Below the pieces are notes generated by a model. It saw nothing but the letters and a program-made list of their open reading frames with translations, had not been told where the DNA came from and made no database searches. The position numbers and the translations under genes were made by a program. Positions 12,903-25,122 of a stretch of DNA of 64,000 bases are shown one piece after another. The first letter of the stretch is position 1, and the number at the start of each line of letters is the position of its first letter. Origin of the DNA: Lama glama (Eukaryota); contig CM052832.1 of assembly GCA_028534125.1 (NCBI GenBank), positions 10,294,001 through 10,358,000 on the forward strand. Reading direction: 5' to 3'.

Positions 12903-13022
12903 AAAGGAAGGAAGGAAGGAAGAGAGAGAGAGAGAAAGAAAGAAAAAGGAAGGAAGAAAGGAAAGAAAGGAAGAAGGAAGGAAGGAAGGAAGGAAGGAAG
13001 GAAGGAAGGAAGGAAAGAAAGA
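12903..13022. repeat. Purine-rich (GGAA/GAAA)n microsatellite
   Basis: Directly visible tandem GAAG/GAAA units. Confidence 0.95.
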
Positions 13023-15468
13023 ACCCTGATTTCTAACGTTTGCTGATTTCTGTAAACACCCCCATTGTGGAGATTTCAAGAAACCAGCATAAAGTCACTG
13101 AACACAGTTGGTAAGAAATGCACCCAAACAACTCAGCCAACTTGAGCAGGCCTGGGCACACCACAGTTATAGACCTTTCTCGAGCAATTTCCACCCCATT
13201 ATTTTTAGTGTTCTGAGGTCTGCTTTCTATCCCGACTGCCCTATTCAAACCAGAATCACAACAAGCAGACATCTCTCTCCTTATTCCTCACCTCAGACTG
13301 TTTCCTGAAAAGCCACCTGCTATTCTAGTTTGGGGCCAGAATCGAAGGGGCAGTGTTGCTAGACCCACCCCTGTGGGAGTCCTGGCTCTGCTGGCTCTTT
13401 TGACGCCAGGGCACCTGGAGAGTGAAGGAGAGGGATGATGTTCCCTCATCCTGCCCCGGCACAGACACAGCCGCACCTCTGCGCTATTTTAAGCAGTCTG
13501 TTTACCCGGAGGGGCCCAGGAGACCAATCTCCACAGCTGTTCCCTGTGGCCGGGAAATACTCAGGGCTCCACTTCCCTCTTGAACTGTTCTCAGAGCACT
13601 GGAAAGTGGCCCCACTTTCTGCCTCCTTTTCTGAGCCTTGGGTCAGGGAAGCCACTGAGCCTCACAACTTTGCAGATGGAGACAGGCAGAGCTCTGTTTC
13701 AGAAATCGGGGACCCAGCATGAGGAAGAGACCAGTGGTAAGGACGCTTGGCTAGAGTCAGAAGACCTGCCACTTACTGGTTCTGTGCTCTTGGACCAGTC
13801 GCTCCATTTCCCTGACTCTCAGTTCCCCATCTGTGGAGTGGGGATGACAGGGCACCCCTCCTCGCCTTGTGCTGAGGCTTGAAGTAGCTCAGGTGTGTGT
13901 GTGCCGGGACTATAAAGCCCCAGACAAGTGGAAGTGACATCAGGGGATTTAATCTTTCAAAACCCACCACCCTGAGACCGCAAAGCATGTTCAGCTCAAC
14001 AGATATACTCTAATTCTGTTCTGGACTTACCCCACCCCTGTGCTGGGAAGATCGCAGCACTGCGCAAAGTGGGTGTGCATGTGCCTGTGTGTGTGCGACC
14101 AAGGGCAGCAGGGACCAGCATGCTTAGCTCTTAGGAAAAGGATCTCCTTGCATAGAGAGGAGGACACTGGAATCAAGGACTCTCCTGGCCTGGTGGCCCT
14201 AGGCCCTCCCTGCATCTAAATTAATCTGTGTCCCATTGGTCCCTTAATCCTGGGATGAGGGTGACATTACTTGGTTGGGCATGGGCAAATGCAAGTTCAA
14301 GGGCTCTTCCCTGAACTCTTGCCTCAGGAACTAAGATGCCTTTCCCTCAGGTTCTCTTAGAAACCGGAACATATCTGAGTTGGAAGGGATCTTCGGGATC
14401 AACTAGTGTAACTTCCTCATGTTATGAATGAAAAAACTGCAGCCGGGGCTAGAAATTCACTTTCCCAGCTTCAAACAGCAAGTCCAAATTGCCTCCCAGG
14501 CCTCCTTCTGCCCCTTGAAGTCATCATGCCCCTGTTCTTCCTGAAATTTCTCTTAGTGTAGCCCCGCTTCTGCCTGTGGGCATTGCTGGAGACTCCCAGG
14601 AAGGAATCCTCAGGCCCCACATATTCCCTTCTTATTCTTTGTTTAGGAACTTACCCGAATCTTCTGCTAAAGGGACAGAGAGGGAAAAGGAAAAAGACAG
14701 CTTTTTTTCCTTCCTGGAAATGGCCTGATCTGGACAAGACAGGGGACCCTCTGTGCAGCCCCCTTTTGGAGCCTTGAGACTCTTTGCTCTGGGTCCTGGT
14801 TCCTCCGGGTTATGGCTGAGGGCTTTGGAACTCCTCCTCTGCCTGGGAGCTGTGGGGCCTAGCCTGTGCTACCCGGCCTGTAACGTCTCTGCTTCCCTGG
14901 AGGCAGATGTGCATAGTCCCTGGGGAGACTTAGAAAAGATTCAGCAAGGGAGAAAACCTCTTCTCACCCTGGCTTGGGAAAGGATGAATCTGTCTTTCCT
15001 GTCTTAGGATCTTCTACCCCAGAGAGAAGCTCTAAAGAAAGAGAAACATACAGGTAGAGGAGAGACCCACTCAGAAGCAGAGAGAGAAGCTGAGGGAAGA
15101 GGTACTTTGGGGCCACACTGACATGTGCCAGTGGCATCCGGTGTTCTGACCAAATTCCCTGGAACTATACAACATCTACTTAGAGAGGCAGCTGATGGAC
15201 GCCCCCAAACCATGAAACCTCAGGGGTGATTTCCTTCTCTGGGCCCTCACCTCCACGGAGCTCCTCCTACCTCCCCTGTTAGAGGGTCCAAGGTGTCACT
15301 TAGAAGCAAGAGAGGTTTGCTGCTGGGTCCCCTGCAGCCCCCGCTGCGCACTCTCACACTGCAGGACGGAGACCCTGACCCCTCCGATTATCGTCCTCAG
15401 TGCCCCCAGCCTGTCCCCAGCCGGTGCTCTTCTAGGGAGGAGGAGCCCAGCCCACACCGGGCTCTCAC

Positions 15469-15599
15469 CCTGTGACGATCTCAAAGGGCGGCAGCTCAAT
15501 CAGCTCCTTCAGCTTCTCGGGGTCCTCCAGGTTCTCCAGATCCTCACCATTCTGGGAGGCAGGCGCCGCGGCCGCAGCAGCCTCTTCTTTCTGGGCCAT
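15469..15599 (-). CDS. APOBEC2: APOBEC2 coding exon 1
   Basis: ATG at 15599. Translates MAQKEEAAAAAAPASQNGEDLENLEDPEKLKELIELPPFEIVT(G), then a GG|GTGAGA donor. 131+544 nt = 675 nt = 224 aa plus stop, the canonical length. Confidence 0.97.
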
Positions 15600-15765
15600 G
15601 GAGGGGCTGTGGCTCAGGAGTTACTGAGAGGGAGGGAGGCGGCGGTCTGGGCCAAGGTCTGGCAGCAGAGTCCCAAGCAGCTGTCAGCAGCTAAGTCTGC
15701 CTGGAGGGTGACAGAAAGAGCACAGGGCAGGCAGGCGGAGTGCGCTTACCCCCTGGGCCGCAGGC

Positions 15766-15771
15766 TTTATA
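15766..15771 (-). promoter_or_regulatory. APOBEC2: APOBEC2 TATA box
   Basis: TATAAA on the minus strand ~170 nt upstream of the ATG. E-boxes (CAGCTG ~15678, CAGGTG ~15904) and an A/T-rich GATA/MEF2-like element (~15874-15883) are nearby. Confidence 0.7.
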
Positions 15772-16599
15772 AGCAGAGGCCCCTCCCCCAGGCCCTCTCC
15801 CTCTATCTTTTTTTAATTGAGTGACTGTGGATGCCAGGATGGGGGGAATGGAAAATCTGGCCATCAGGATCCCCTATTTATCAGTAGCAAGACAGGAAGC
15901 TGGCAGGTGGGGATGGCTTGGCCCTCTCACCGCACCCCGCACCGGTTCACACATGTCTTCATATCTCTTCCTTCTCCTCCGCCCTCACTTTCTATCCCTC
16001 ACCTTTGTTTCCCACCAGACTTTCCCAGCATCCTGGTGGGATCATGGAAGGGCCCCAGGGTGGATATCCTGAGATTTTGGAGGAAAGCTCTCTCAGAAGT
16101 TTAAGCAGGAAAAGGCTTGTGCAGAATGGGGCAGTTGCAAAGAGAGCCGAGCCCATTTGGTTGAGGAGATTTGGGTTTAGGAAAGGAGGGTCCTGAGACA
16201 GGGCAGAGAAGTACTGCCAATTGGGAAAGAAACTGTGAGTTGTTACTTAAAGGGAGTGGATGCTGCTTCCGGTTATGGGCACATAAGGCAGTGTCAAATC
16301 CACTGGGAGCCTCCAGGAGTAACAATACTGAGATTTATTAAATTGGGAGTTTTGAAAATAGGCCAGGCAATGATGTTAGTGTTTTACATGTGAAATTGGA
16401 CTTAATGCTCTCCACAGCCCTGGCAGGCAATGCGGATTATCCCCGTGTTACACATGAGGAAACTGAGACTCACGGAAAGGTTAAGGGCCATGCTTATGGT
16501 CATCAGCCCGCAGCAGAGGCAGGGTTAAAACCCAGGCCATTTGACACCAGAGGCCAAACATTCAACCGCCATGCATGTTCCTTCCCAATTGGTCCTTTA

Positions 16600-17200
16600 T
16601 TCATTCAATAAATACTTATTGAGCATCTACTCTATGCCAGGTGTTGTTTCAGGTACTGGGGATATGGCAAAGAACAAAACAAAGTCTTGCCTCACAGGGC
16701 TTGAGGGGTTTGGACAAGTAGTATATATGGTCTATTTGGTGGTACTAAAGAGAAAAGTCAGGGAGGGGTAACACAGTGACATGTTTTTATAGGATGGTTA
16801 GAGAAGAACTTTGAAAAGAAGGCAATTGAGGAAAGATCTGAAGAAGGTAAGGGAAATAATCATATGGATATCTAAGGGGAACATGTTCCAAGGAGGAGAA
16901 GAGCAGGTGCAAAGATCCTGAGGTGGATGTATTTGAGGAACAAGTAAGGACATCAGTGTGGCTTGAGAGTCCTAGGAGATTAGGCCAGAGAGATAAATGA
17001 GGAATAAATAGCTGGGGCCTTAGGCTGTTGTAAGGGCCTTGGCTTTTTCTCTAAGTGAGATGGGAAGTCATTGTCTTTGAACAGGTGAGATGTGTGGTCT
17101 GATATATTTTTATAAGATCACCCAGGCTGCTTTGTTGAGAATAGAGAAAAGGTGAGAAAGAGCAGAAGTCAAGGGACCAGCTATAAGCCTATCAACACTA
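16600..17200 (-). mobile_element. LINE-2 3' fragment
   Basis: ttcattcaataaatacttattgagcatctactctatgccagg... is the typical L2 3' end in antisense. A MIR precedes it at ~16320-16580. Confidence 0.7.
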
Positions 17201-17837
17201 ATGAGAGATGACCGGGGCCCTTAGAATAATCCCTGAGCTGCAACAGCACAGGGAGGGAGCTGGATGATTTTTGCACTTCACATGATGTGTGCCTAGCTGG
17301 GGCCAAGGGTTTTCATGTTTGGGGCAATGCAAACACTCTAGTACATTCTCAGGGCAACAGAAGGATGGGATCTGGGTCACCTAGAGTTTGAAAACGAGGA
17401 ACCTGAGAAAAAGGGGGAACCAGTCTGAACATAGCTCCCAGTCGGGTTGGGTGGTGGGGATGAGGAGGCAGGGGACCCTTTCCATGGTCTGACTAGAGAA
17501 TAGGAGTCAGGATAGTTCGGAGGATTGGAGGCTCTCTCTTCCAGAGAGCTCTCAGCAGCATGGCCCCTTGTGAGCGAGATGTCCAGGTGTTCTGGTTTGC
17601 CCAGGATCGTCCCAGTTTATATCTGTTTTCCAGGCATAATTGCTATGAACGCCCCTTTCTCTCCCCAAGTGACCCAGTGTAGAACAATCAACTACATATA
17701 CGGTCAACCTACCTATTAGGCTTATTACTAAAAGCATCCTATCCAGAGGTAATTTTTTTCAGGTATTTTTCCCAAGGGTGTAAGGCACAGGGTTGCGGTA
17801 GTAGTGCTTGTGTACACAAAGTAAAGGCAATGATAGC

Positions 17838-17847
17838 TTATAAATAG
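17838..17847. promoter_or_regulatory. MEF2 site upstream of APOBEC2
   Basis: TTATAAATAG is a perfect YTA(W)4TAR, ~2.1 kb upstream of the TATA box. Confidence 0.45.
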
Positions 17848-18073
17848 CCAACACACAGACACACAACATTTAAATGCAGAGAGTTTACTTCATTCTTTTA
17901 TTTGATCAGCATTTATCGAGGGCTTCTATGTGCCAGGCACTACTGTGGTAAACACCTAGGAGACAGAGGTAAATAAGGTGCTGCCTCACCAGGAACAGCT
18001 CCCAGTCTTTATAGCATCTGGGGGTGTTCAGGCACGCATGATCGCCTGTGGTCCTCACACCAATCTCACTCGG

Positions 18074-18074
<1 letters not shown>

Positions 18075-18105
<31 letters not shown>
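18075..18105. repeat. (TG)15 microsatellite
   Basis: Direct observation. Confidence 0.95.
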
Positions 18106-18107
<2 letters not shown>

Positions 18108-19590
18108 TATTGGCTTCATTTTACAGGTTAGGGACCCTGCAGCTCAGAAAGGTGAAGTGATTTGTATAAGGTCACACAAGGATTTAAGTCCAGGTCTTCT
18201 GAGCCTACATTTTTATTTCTAGGGCTGCACCCAGCAAGCTCTGATGGCTGCATCTCTAAAGCATTATGTCCCACTTGTGGTTGCAGCTGCTGTGATGTTC
18301 TTGGATCTATGAAGGAAGAGTGTGAAATGTCTTGCAAGGAGGAAAGTAGGGAGGAGGAATCCTTTCCCCTGTTGGAAAGACTTCCTTCTTGAGAGTAGCT
18401 TCCTGTATTTTGGCTGCTGTGTGTAACCCTGGATTGGGAGGGGAAAAAAATCCATGTTCATATCCCCATCTCAGCCTTTGATTCACTGTGTGATCTTGGC
18501 CAACTCACTTAGCATCTCTGGGCCTCAGTGGTTCCTGCCTGTGACGCAGGCTGAGTTATTACTCTCTATTCCAGGATGGTCAAAAAGATGAAACTGAGGA
18601 AGCAGGACTGTCTCCCAAAGACTTGCAGGGTGGAAGAGTGTAGAAGAAATGATCCGACTCTGGGTGATGTTGGGAGATGGTGCAGAGCTGGTCCCCAAGC
18701 TGGTCCTCTCTGAAGAGGTGACCCCTCGCTCCTACCACATCTACCTACAACTTTACCTTTGACACTTGGGAGAGTGTCCTGACCCTTCCTGGACTGACGA
18801 CTGACAGCTTCCTTTTCCACTACTGCTTTCCAGCCCCTCCTCCCCGCTTCCCTGGAGGGCCTCTGACTTGCTCTGGCTATTTATGGCACCTCCTGGGGGC
18901 CCGAATTCCTGCCTGGTCCCTGGCTCTCCTTTCCAAGTCTGACCAGTTTTCCCCGCTGGCCCCAGAGTGCAGCAGCTAATCTGGGGGATCAGGTGCCAGG
19001 AGCTGGACTCCTCCTCCTGCAGCTGCCACCATACTCTTTTTAGTACAGGCGTTCCCCACCCCCTGCGTTAACACTGCTGGGTAAGTTTATATCAGTACGC
19101 CCCTTCTGCAGAGGAGGAAACTGGGAAATAAGGTATCTACTTATTTCAGTGGGGTCAGTGGGTGCTGGGATTTGAACGCAAGTCTGTCAGCCTCCAAGTT
19201 ACATGCTTTTCCCATTGTGTTATGCTGCCTGGAATTCAGTAACAGTGAGAGCTGACACCAGCTCAACCCCTACTCAGGGATTGACACTGCTCTGAGCAGG
19301 TTACATAAATTAATTCATTCACTCCTCATCAGAATGTTGGGGTAGGTATTATTATTATACTCATTTTATTGGTGAGGAAATTGAGATCAGAGAGGTTTAG
19401 TGACTTGCTCAATGTCACCCAACTAGTGAGAGTAGAACTGTGTGTCCTTAGAGTCTTAACTCCTGCACCATTCAGTCCCTACTGCTCCCAGGACCCCTGA
19501 GGCTAGGCTCTCAGGGAGGAGGGCAAGAAGGGGACTAGGAGAGAGGGAGTTCTTGCAGGGAGATTGGGCTCTGGAAGCAGTTGATATATG

Positions 19591-19593
<3 letters not shown>

Positions 19594-19637
<44 letters not shown>
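19594..19637. repeat. (GT)22 microsatellite
   Basis: Direct observation. Confidence 0.95.
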
Positions 19638-19639
<2 letters not shown>

Positions 19640-22600
19640 GGGGTATAGGTATGGAGATGCCAGGCAGCTGGTGAGTGGGGATGGAAACAGAAAAGGGAAT
19701 TCTCCCAACCTGTCTCTGTAGCCCTAGCCCTAGCCCCCTTCTGTGCGGTGGAGGTGGCTGGAAGGAGCAGGATTAAGCCCAGGGTATGCTGCGGCCTGCC
19801 TCTCCCTGTCCCATTTCCCACGCTTGTTTCAGAAAGCATTCGGAGGTTCTGAGAGGTGGCTGGGGAGGAGGGGACAGGGTCAGGTTCGGGTACTCCTTGG
19901 GTCTTGGCCTGATGCCAAGCTGCCCTCACTGGGAAGGGAGTAGAGAGGCCAGTTGGAGGCTGGTGGAAAAATAGCAGCCTCACCAGGGGAAGGTTTAAAT
20001 TCTCACCCTGTGAAAGAAGACACCTCGGGAGCCCGTTGTGGGTGCTTTATGTGCAGGGACAGCTGGGACCCCAACAGCATGTTGCCCCAGAGACCCAGCC
20101 TGGGAGTGCCTGCCCCTCGGTCACTACTGAGACGAGGTACACAAACAACGGGCCACGAGCACCAGGCACCCCGCTGGCAGGCAGGAGCCTGCCCCCGTCG
20201 GCAAGTGCTCTGTTGACATAAACACAGGGGTGTCCAGAGCCTTGACAGGATGCAGGGAGAGGGCCATGGGTCTCCTAGAGTCTGAGGCTGGGATGGGAGG
20301 AGGCCAGAGTTTCCAATCGCCTCCTGTGTGGGTCACCATGCTTGGCTTGCCATGCAGGGCACACTACCCTGTGGGAGAATGGTGACACCTGGAACTTTAG
20401 TCCTGGTCACCATGGTCTTCCATTCTAGAGGCCACTCCTGGCACCACCTGGCTCCCATGGTTGGATTCTTTGAGGAAAATGGTCTGATAAGAATCATGGC
20501 CATTAAGTTGACTAATAGTGTTCCCCTTTGTAGGGATGTTTGCCGGGTCGAAGAACCTACTGGGAGAAAGTGATGAATTTAATAATCAACTTTTGAGAGG
20601 AGATTTTCAGCCCGTAGAAATGTGTTGGAGTAGGTGCAGGTGGAGGGGGTAGGGCTTTTCAGGTGATCTCCTGAGCAAATCATTCTAGATGGGCTGGGGG
20701 ACTTGGAGATAGACACTAGAGGGACAAATGAGGCCAAATAGCTACCGTTGTGTCTGGCGTGACACAGAGGGGTTCTCTTGGCTTGCGTGCTAGAAGAGGG
20801 GGCCTCCGTGATGAAGGGTCCTTGAAGCTAGGAAAGAGCCAGGGGCCTTGGTGGACTCTGCTTGAGGATGAAAGGGGAGGTCCAGATCCGAGGGGACCCT
20901 GACTAAAGTCAGGCTTTGTTTAGATGGGTCACCTGTGCATCACTAATGAGAATCAGCAATAAATCTTTAAAACAAAAGGTTCTTATGCTTGTTTTCTGGA
21001 ACTACAAGGAAAGGGAACCCTGGGAAGACTTTGAAACTGGGCTTGGTGTGCAGGGGATCCCCAGGAGATAGAGTGGATGGTGGCCATGACTTTGGAGTCC
21101 TGGCCGGGGCCTGACAGCACTCAGGGGCCTTACGCCTCCCATAGGGCATCACCTCTACCTGCCCGTAGGTAGGAGGGGCCGGAGATGTGCAGAGAAAACA
21201 CTGCTTGCACGCTGCCCCTCTCCCAGCCCAGCTGACCTTTGTCCACTAGATGTACACCTACCAGTCTGCTCATCTCACTTCACCCCTGTGTATTCGCATC
21301 CTGCAGACATTGGCAAAGGGAGGAAATTGAAGGGTTCAGGGGCGAAAGACGGCACCAGGAGACAGTAGACTGAGAGCTAACCCTGTCTTCTGAGGTTGCT
21401 ATTTTGCATGGTGCTGCTCCCCACCTCTCCAGACATTGGTGAAGGGCTTGTCTCTCCCCTACCTTCCGAGTGAATCACTTTCAGACACGATGTGCCCATT
21501 CAGAGGCAGGTGGAAAAACACTGCCCAAGGACAGAGACACACACACATGTGATTTGGATGGTGGACTCCTGGGCTGCATCTGGCAAAGAGAGGAGACAGC
21601 TCCGACTCTTTTTAGGCACAGCTCTAGGTAACAAGAGAGGAGGGGCCAAGGGCAGCGTGTACTCCAGGCTGGGCTCAGAACTGGGAAGGGGGGGGGAAGA
21701 GGAAAGGTAAGAGGAAAGGTGGGGAGGCTCGGGGATTAGAGGTTCCCATTCAGGAACCAAGGAACTGGTGCTGAGGGGGATTTTAAGGACGACTTTGGGG
21801 TCAGAGGATGAGAGTTTCGGGTTGATCCAAGTCAAGCTTCCTTCTAGGGCCAATATCCAAAACTAGAGGCATCTGGATCCCTGGGCTTGTGGCATCAGTT
21901 TGGCCTGGGGAGGTCTGAGTCATATGATAGGCATGGTGCATCTTCTTGGAGGGCCAGTTTAACTTCTAGAATTGGTAACATAAATGAAACTGGTAGCATA
22001 TTTGTAATGCCTACATGAGATGGTGACGTAAGGACAATGACAGATACTTCTGGGGTGTTCACTTGTTTAAGGTCACGCAGCGATGGAGCAGCCGGGCACA
22101 TTTACTCTTCCCAGCAGTTCCCTATTTTACAGCTGAGGAGCATGAAGCACAGACAGTGAAGTCAGTTACTTGTACCCAGTTACCAGTTAATAAATGACAG
22201 AGTCAGTATCCAAGCCCAAGCTGGTCTGTCTCCAAGGCCAGAACTGCTAACCACTGGACCCTATGGCCCTCATTCCCCAAGCTGATCTGATTCCGTGGGT
22301 CTGGAACGAGACTGGAGTCCCGGCCATGCGCAAGTGCCCCACGTGGTCACTGGGCCACACTTGGAGAAGCCTCACAGCAGCTCTTCTCAATCTGCCTGCA
22401 CATTAGAACCACCTGAGATGTTTCAAAAACTATTAGGGCCCTTCCCTGCCCCCAAAAGAGGCTTTTTCAGTTGGTCCAGAGTGGGGTGCAGGTGTTAGTG
22501 GGCTGCTGGTCAGCACTTTCCTTTAATAGAACAGTGTGTTCATTTATTCAGTCAATCATTTGATCAACAAAGATGTGTGAACACCTTCTCTGTGCCCTGT

Positions 22601-23399
22601 GCTGCACTGGGGCTAGGGACACAAAGGTGGGTGGGGCACTGTGTGTGCCCTCCAGGAATGCAGGTGACCGATCTGCCCTGCTGGGCAGAGCACACCCTTT
22701 GTGGAGGCGGGGACAATGCAGATTCCTTCTCGCTAGTCCTCCCTTGGCAAGCTCCAGGAAAAGCCAGTCTCCTTCTCAAATGATGGTGTCCTCTGGCTGT
22801 TCCCCTCTGTGTGGTCCTTGGCCCCCACCTGAGAGGGCACAGTTGGTTCTAGGCGCAAAACTCAGCTCACAGAACCAAAGGCTGTCAAAGCAAAATGGGC
22901 CCTGAGGGACCATCCGTGCCTGGAGCTCTCAAATTTTGGTGAGCGCAGGTGACAGAAGTGCTGGGAGCTTGTTAAATCTAAAAATGCATGAAGCCCACCC
23001 CAAAAGTTCTGATTCAGAATCTGGGGTGGGGTCCAAGGAATACACATTTTAATAGGCTCCTGGCTGGTTCTGGGACACGCTCAGCAGTGGTTCTCAGGTG
23101 GGCTGCACGTGAGGAGGTCCTGGGAGTTTTAAAAACACCAAGGCCCAGGCCCATCCCTAGAGAGTCTGGTCGGTATTTTTAAAAGCTCTTGCCGCAAGGC
23201 GCCTGGCCTTCCAGCTGGCCTTGTTTTAGGATTTGGGGAGGCAGCCCTGGGGCAGTCACTCCTTGCCACCATCCGGGCTTTGAAACAAGAGGAGTAGGAA
23301 ACAAGAGGCAGGAAGAGATGAAAAGAAAAAAGCCAATGAGAAGGTTTAGAAAGAGAGAAGGGTGGACAAGACACTCCTACTGAAATCACTACATCTCTT

Positions 23400-23730
23400 T
23401 TTTTTTTCAACTTTTTTTCGTATAATAATAATAATGAATTGAAGCAAAAACCCAATAGTATGAGTATATGAAAACAAAAATAAAAAATGATCTATAATCT
23501 TACTTATACATTCATATGTATCAGATAATGACATAAGGTACTGGTATAACATATATAACCATATCATGTATTATTGTATAGTCATTAGTATAATTAATGT
23601 ACTGAATTAATAAAATAGATGAATTAAACAGATTAATATAACATATTTTTATATATAATACATAATATATATTTGTATTTACATATAATACATAGTATAA
23701 AATATATAACTTGACACCTATAATTGGTAT
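23400..23730. repeat. AT-rich low-complexity tract
   Basis: Very AT-rich, TA-dinucleotide-rich run embedded in GC-rich flanks, just downstream of TSPO2. Confidence 0.75.
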
Positions 23731-24197
23731 CCTTTTTGACTTTGCTTTTCTGTTTTCCTTTTATGTAACTTTTCAAATACATTTTGTTTTTCAGGTAATC
23801 AATAATCTAAGTCCTAAACTTTGGGATCAGGTTTGGGAGGGCATGTGAGTGGAGATGGTGCACCCGCCCTCCGAATACGTGCATTCACACCTTCATTCAC
23901 GTGTGCACACTCACACACATGCAGACATGCTCATTCCAGCCCTGCCACCCTAGACATCACACCCTCAAAGTTCATTAACAGGATTTTATTCATGTATACA
24001 ATTAAATTAATACTTATTAATACAGGATTTATTAATTTATATTAAGTATAAAATAAGTCTCTTCCCTTTTCCCCATGTCTCTGAATTCTAATGGAAAGTG
24101 GCAGTGGAGGGCCCAGGACAGTGGCCACAATGGGACGCGTCACCTGTGGGGAATTGTCAATCCCTGGCCGCTTCCCCTGCTCCCCAGCCCACGTGCC

Positions 24198-24397
24198 TCA
24201 GTTGCTTTCCTCCCCCATGGGCTGAGGCTGGTGGTCTGGACAAAGGCTGTCCCTTCACAGGTGATAGGTGATGGATTGATCACAGTGAGCCAGGCCAGGT
24301 AGGGCAGTGGGAGCAGGGCAGCCAGTTTGTTGGTGGGGTGCCAGATCAGTGCCATGCTCACCACCAGCCCGAAGAGCAGCAGCAGGTGCGGCAGGGC
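24198..24397 (-). pseudogene. TSPO2: TSPO2 pseudogene, last coding exon
   Basis: cccag| acceptor at 24398. Translates ALPHLLLLFGLVVSMALIWHPTNKLAALLPLPYLAWLTVI, then a 1-nt deletion (~24276), then SITYHL*RDSLCPDHQPQPMGEESN-TGA. Trp to TGA at 24257-24255. The ancestral stop is at 24200-24198. The 200-nt length is not a multiple of 3. Confidence 0.92.
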
Positions 24398-24612
24398 CTG
24401 GGCAGGGGGCAGGGCGGTCAGGCAGGCTGCCCTGGGAAGTGGCCCTTGACCTTTCTGCAGCATCCTGGACCCAGCGAGTCCAGTTCCTGGCTCAGAGAAG
24501 TCTGCCCAGCCGTTACTGCCTGCACCCGATTGACCTGCCATTCCATCTGCTTCTGGGTCCTGGCAGCCCCCCATTTCCCACGCTATTCCGGTGCTGAGCC
24601 CTTATGACTTTC

Positions 24613-24751
24613 CAGACCCAGGGAGTGGGCTAGGAAGAGAATCAGGACGACCCAGCTGATGGCGAGCTGCGCAGCAGAGAGGCCTAGAGGCAGGGCCAGG
24701 GCCCGCCCGAAGCCCCCTCCCAGGTCCTTCCACACCAGGTAGGAGGCATAG
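24613..24751 (-). pseudogene. TSPO2: TSPO2 pseudogene, middle coding exon
   Basis: ccacag| acceptor. Translates (G)YASYLVWKDLGGGFGRALALPLGLSAAQLAISWVVLILFLAHSLGL. The donor reads GAAAGT, with GT replaced by GA at 24612-24611. Confidence 0.92.
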
Positions 24752-25122
24752 CTGTGGAGAGATGTTGGCAGAAACGCTCAGAGGAGAGTGTTTCCATGGT
24801 AAATGGAGGAAGCCTTCTGGCGTAAGGCATTTTGGTTACCAACAGGTAATCCTCCTGGGCTGAAAAGGGGTAAGTGGGTCTAGGCTTCATTTGAGGGCTG
24901 GGGCAGGGAAAGTGGTGGGAAGAAGTGGGCTTGGTGATGTGGGGAGGGGATGGAGAGACTGGGAGAGGGTGGAAGAAGACGGGCTGGAATCCAAGGCAGG
25001 TACAGAGGGGACACATCAGAGGAGGCAAGATGAGGTACCAGCCCTTTGGAGGTCAGAATGCAGCAGCACTTCAGGGATGGGAGACTTGTTCCCACCCCAT
25101 GACATGAGAAATGGGTCCTCAC

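Noticed and set aside
12773..13079. K/E/R-rich and F/L/P/S-rich ORFs
   Set aside because: They are translations of the GGAA microsatellite.
24140..24574. 144-aa minus ORF containing TSPO2-like sequence
   Set aside because: Its N-terminus is intronic and its C-terminus is the frameshifted tail of the pseudogene exon, so it is not a functional TSPO2.
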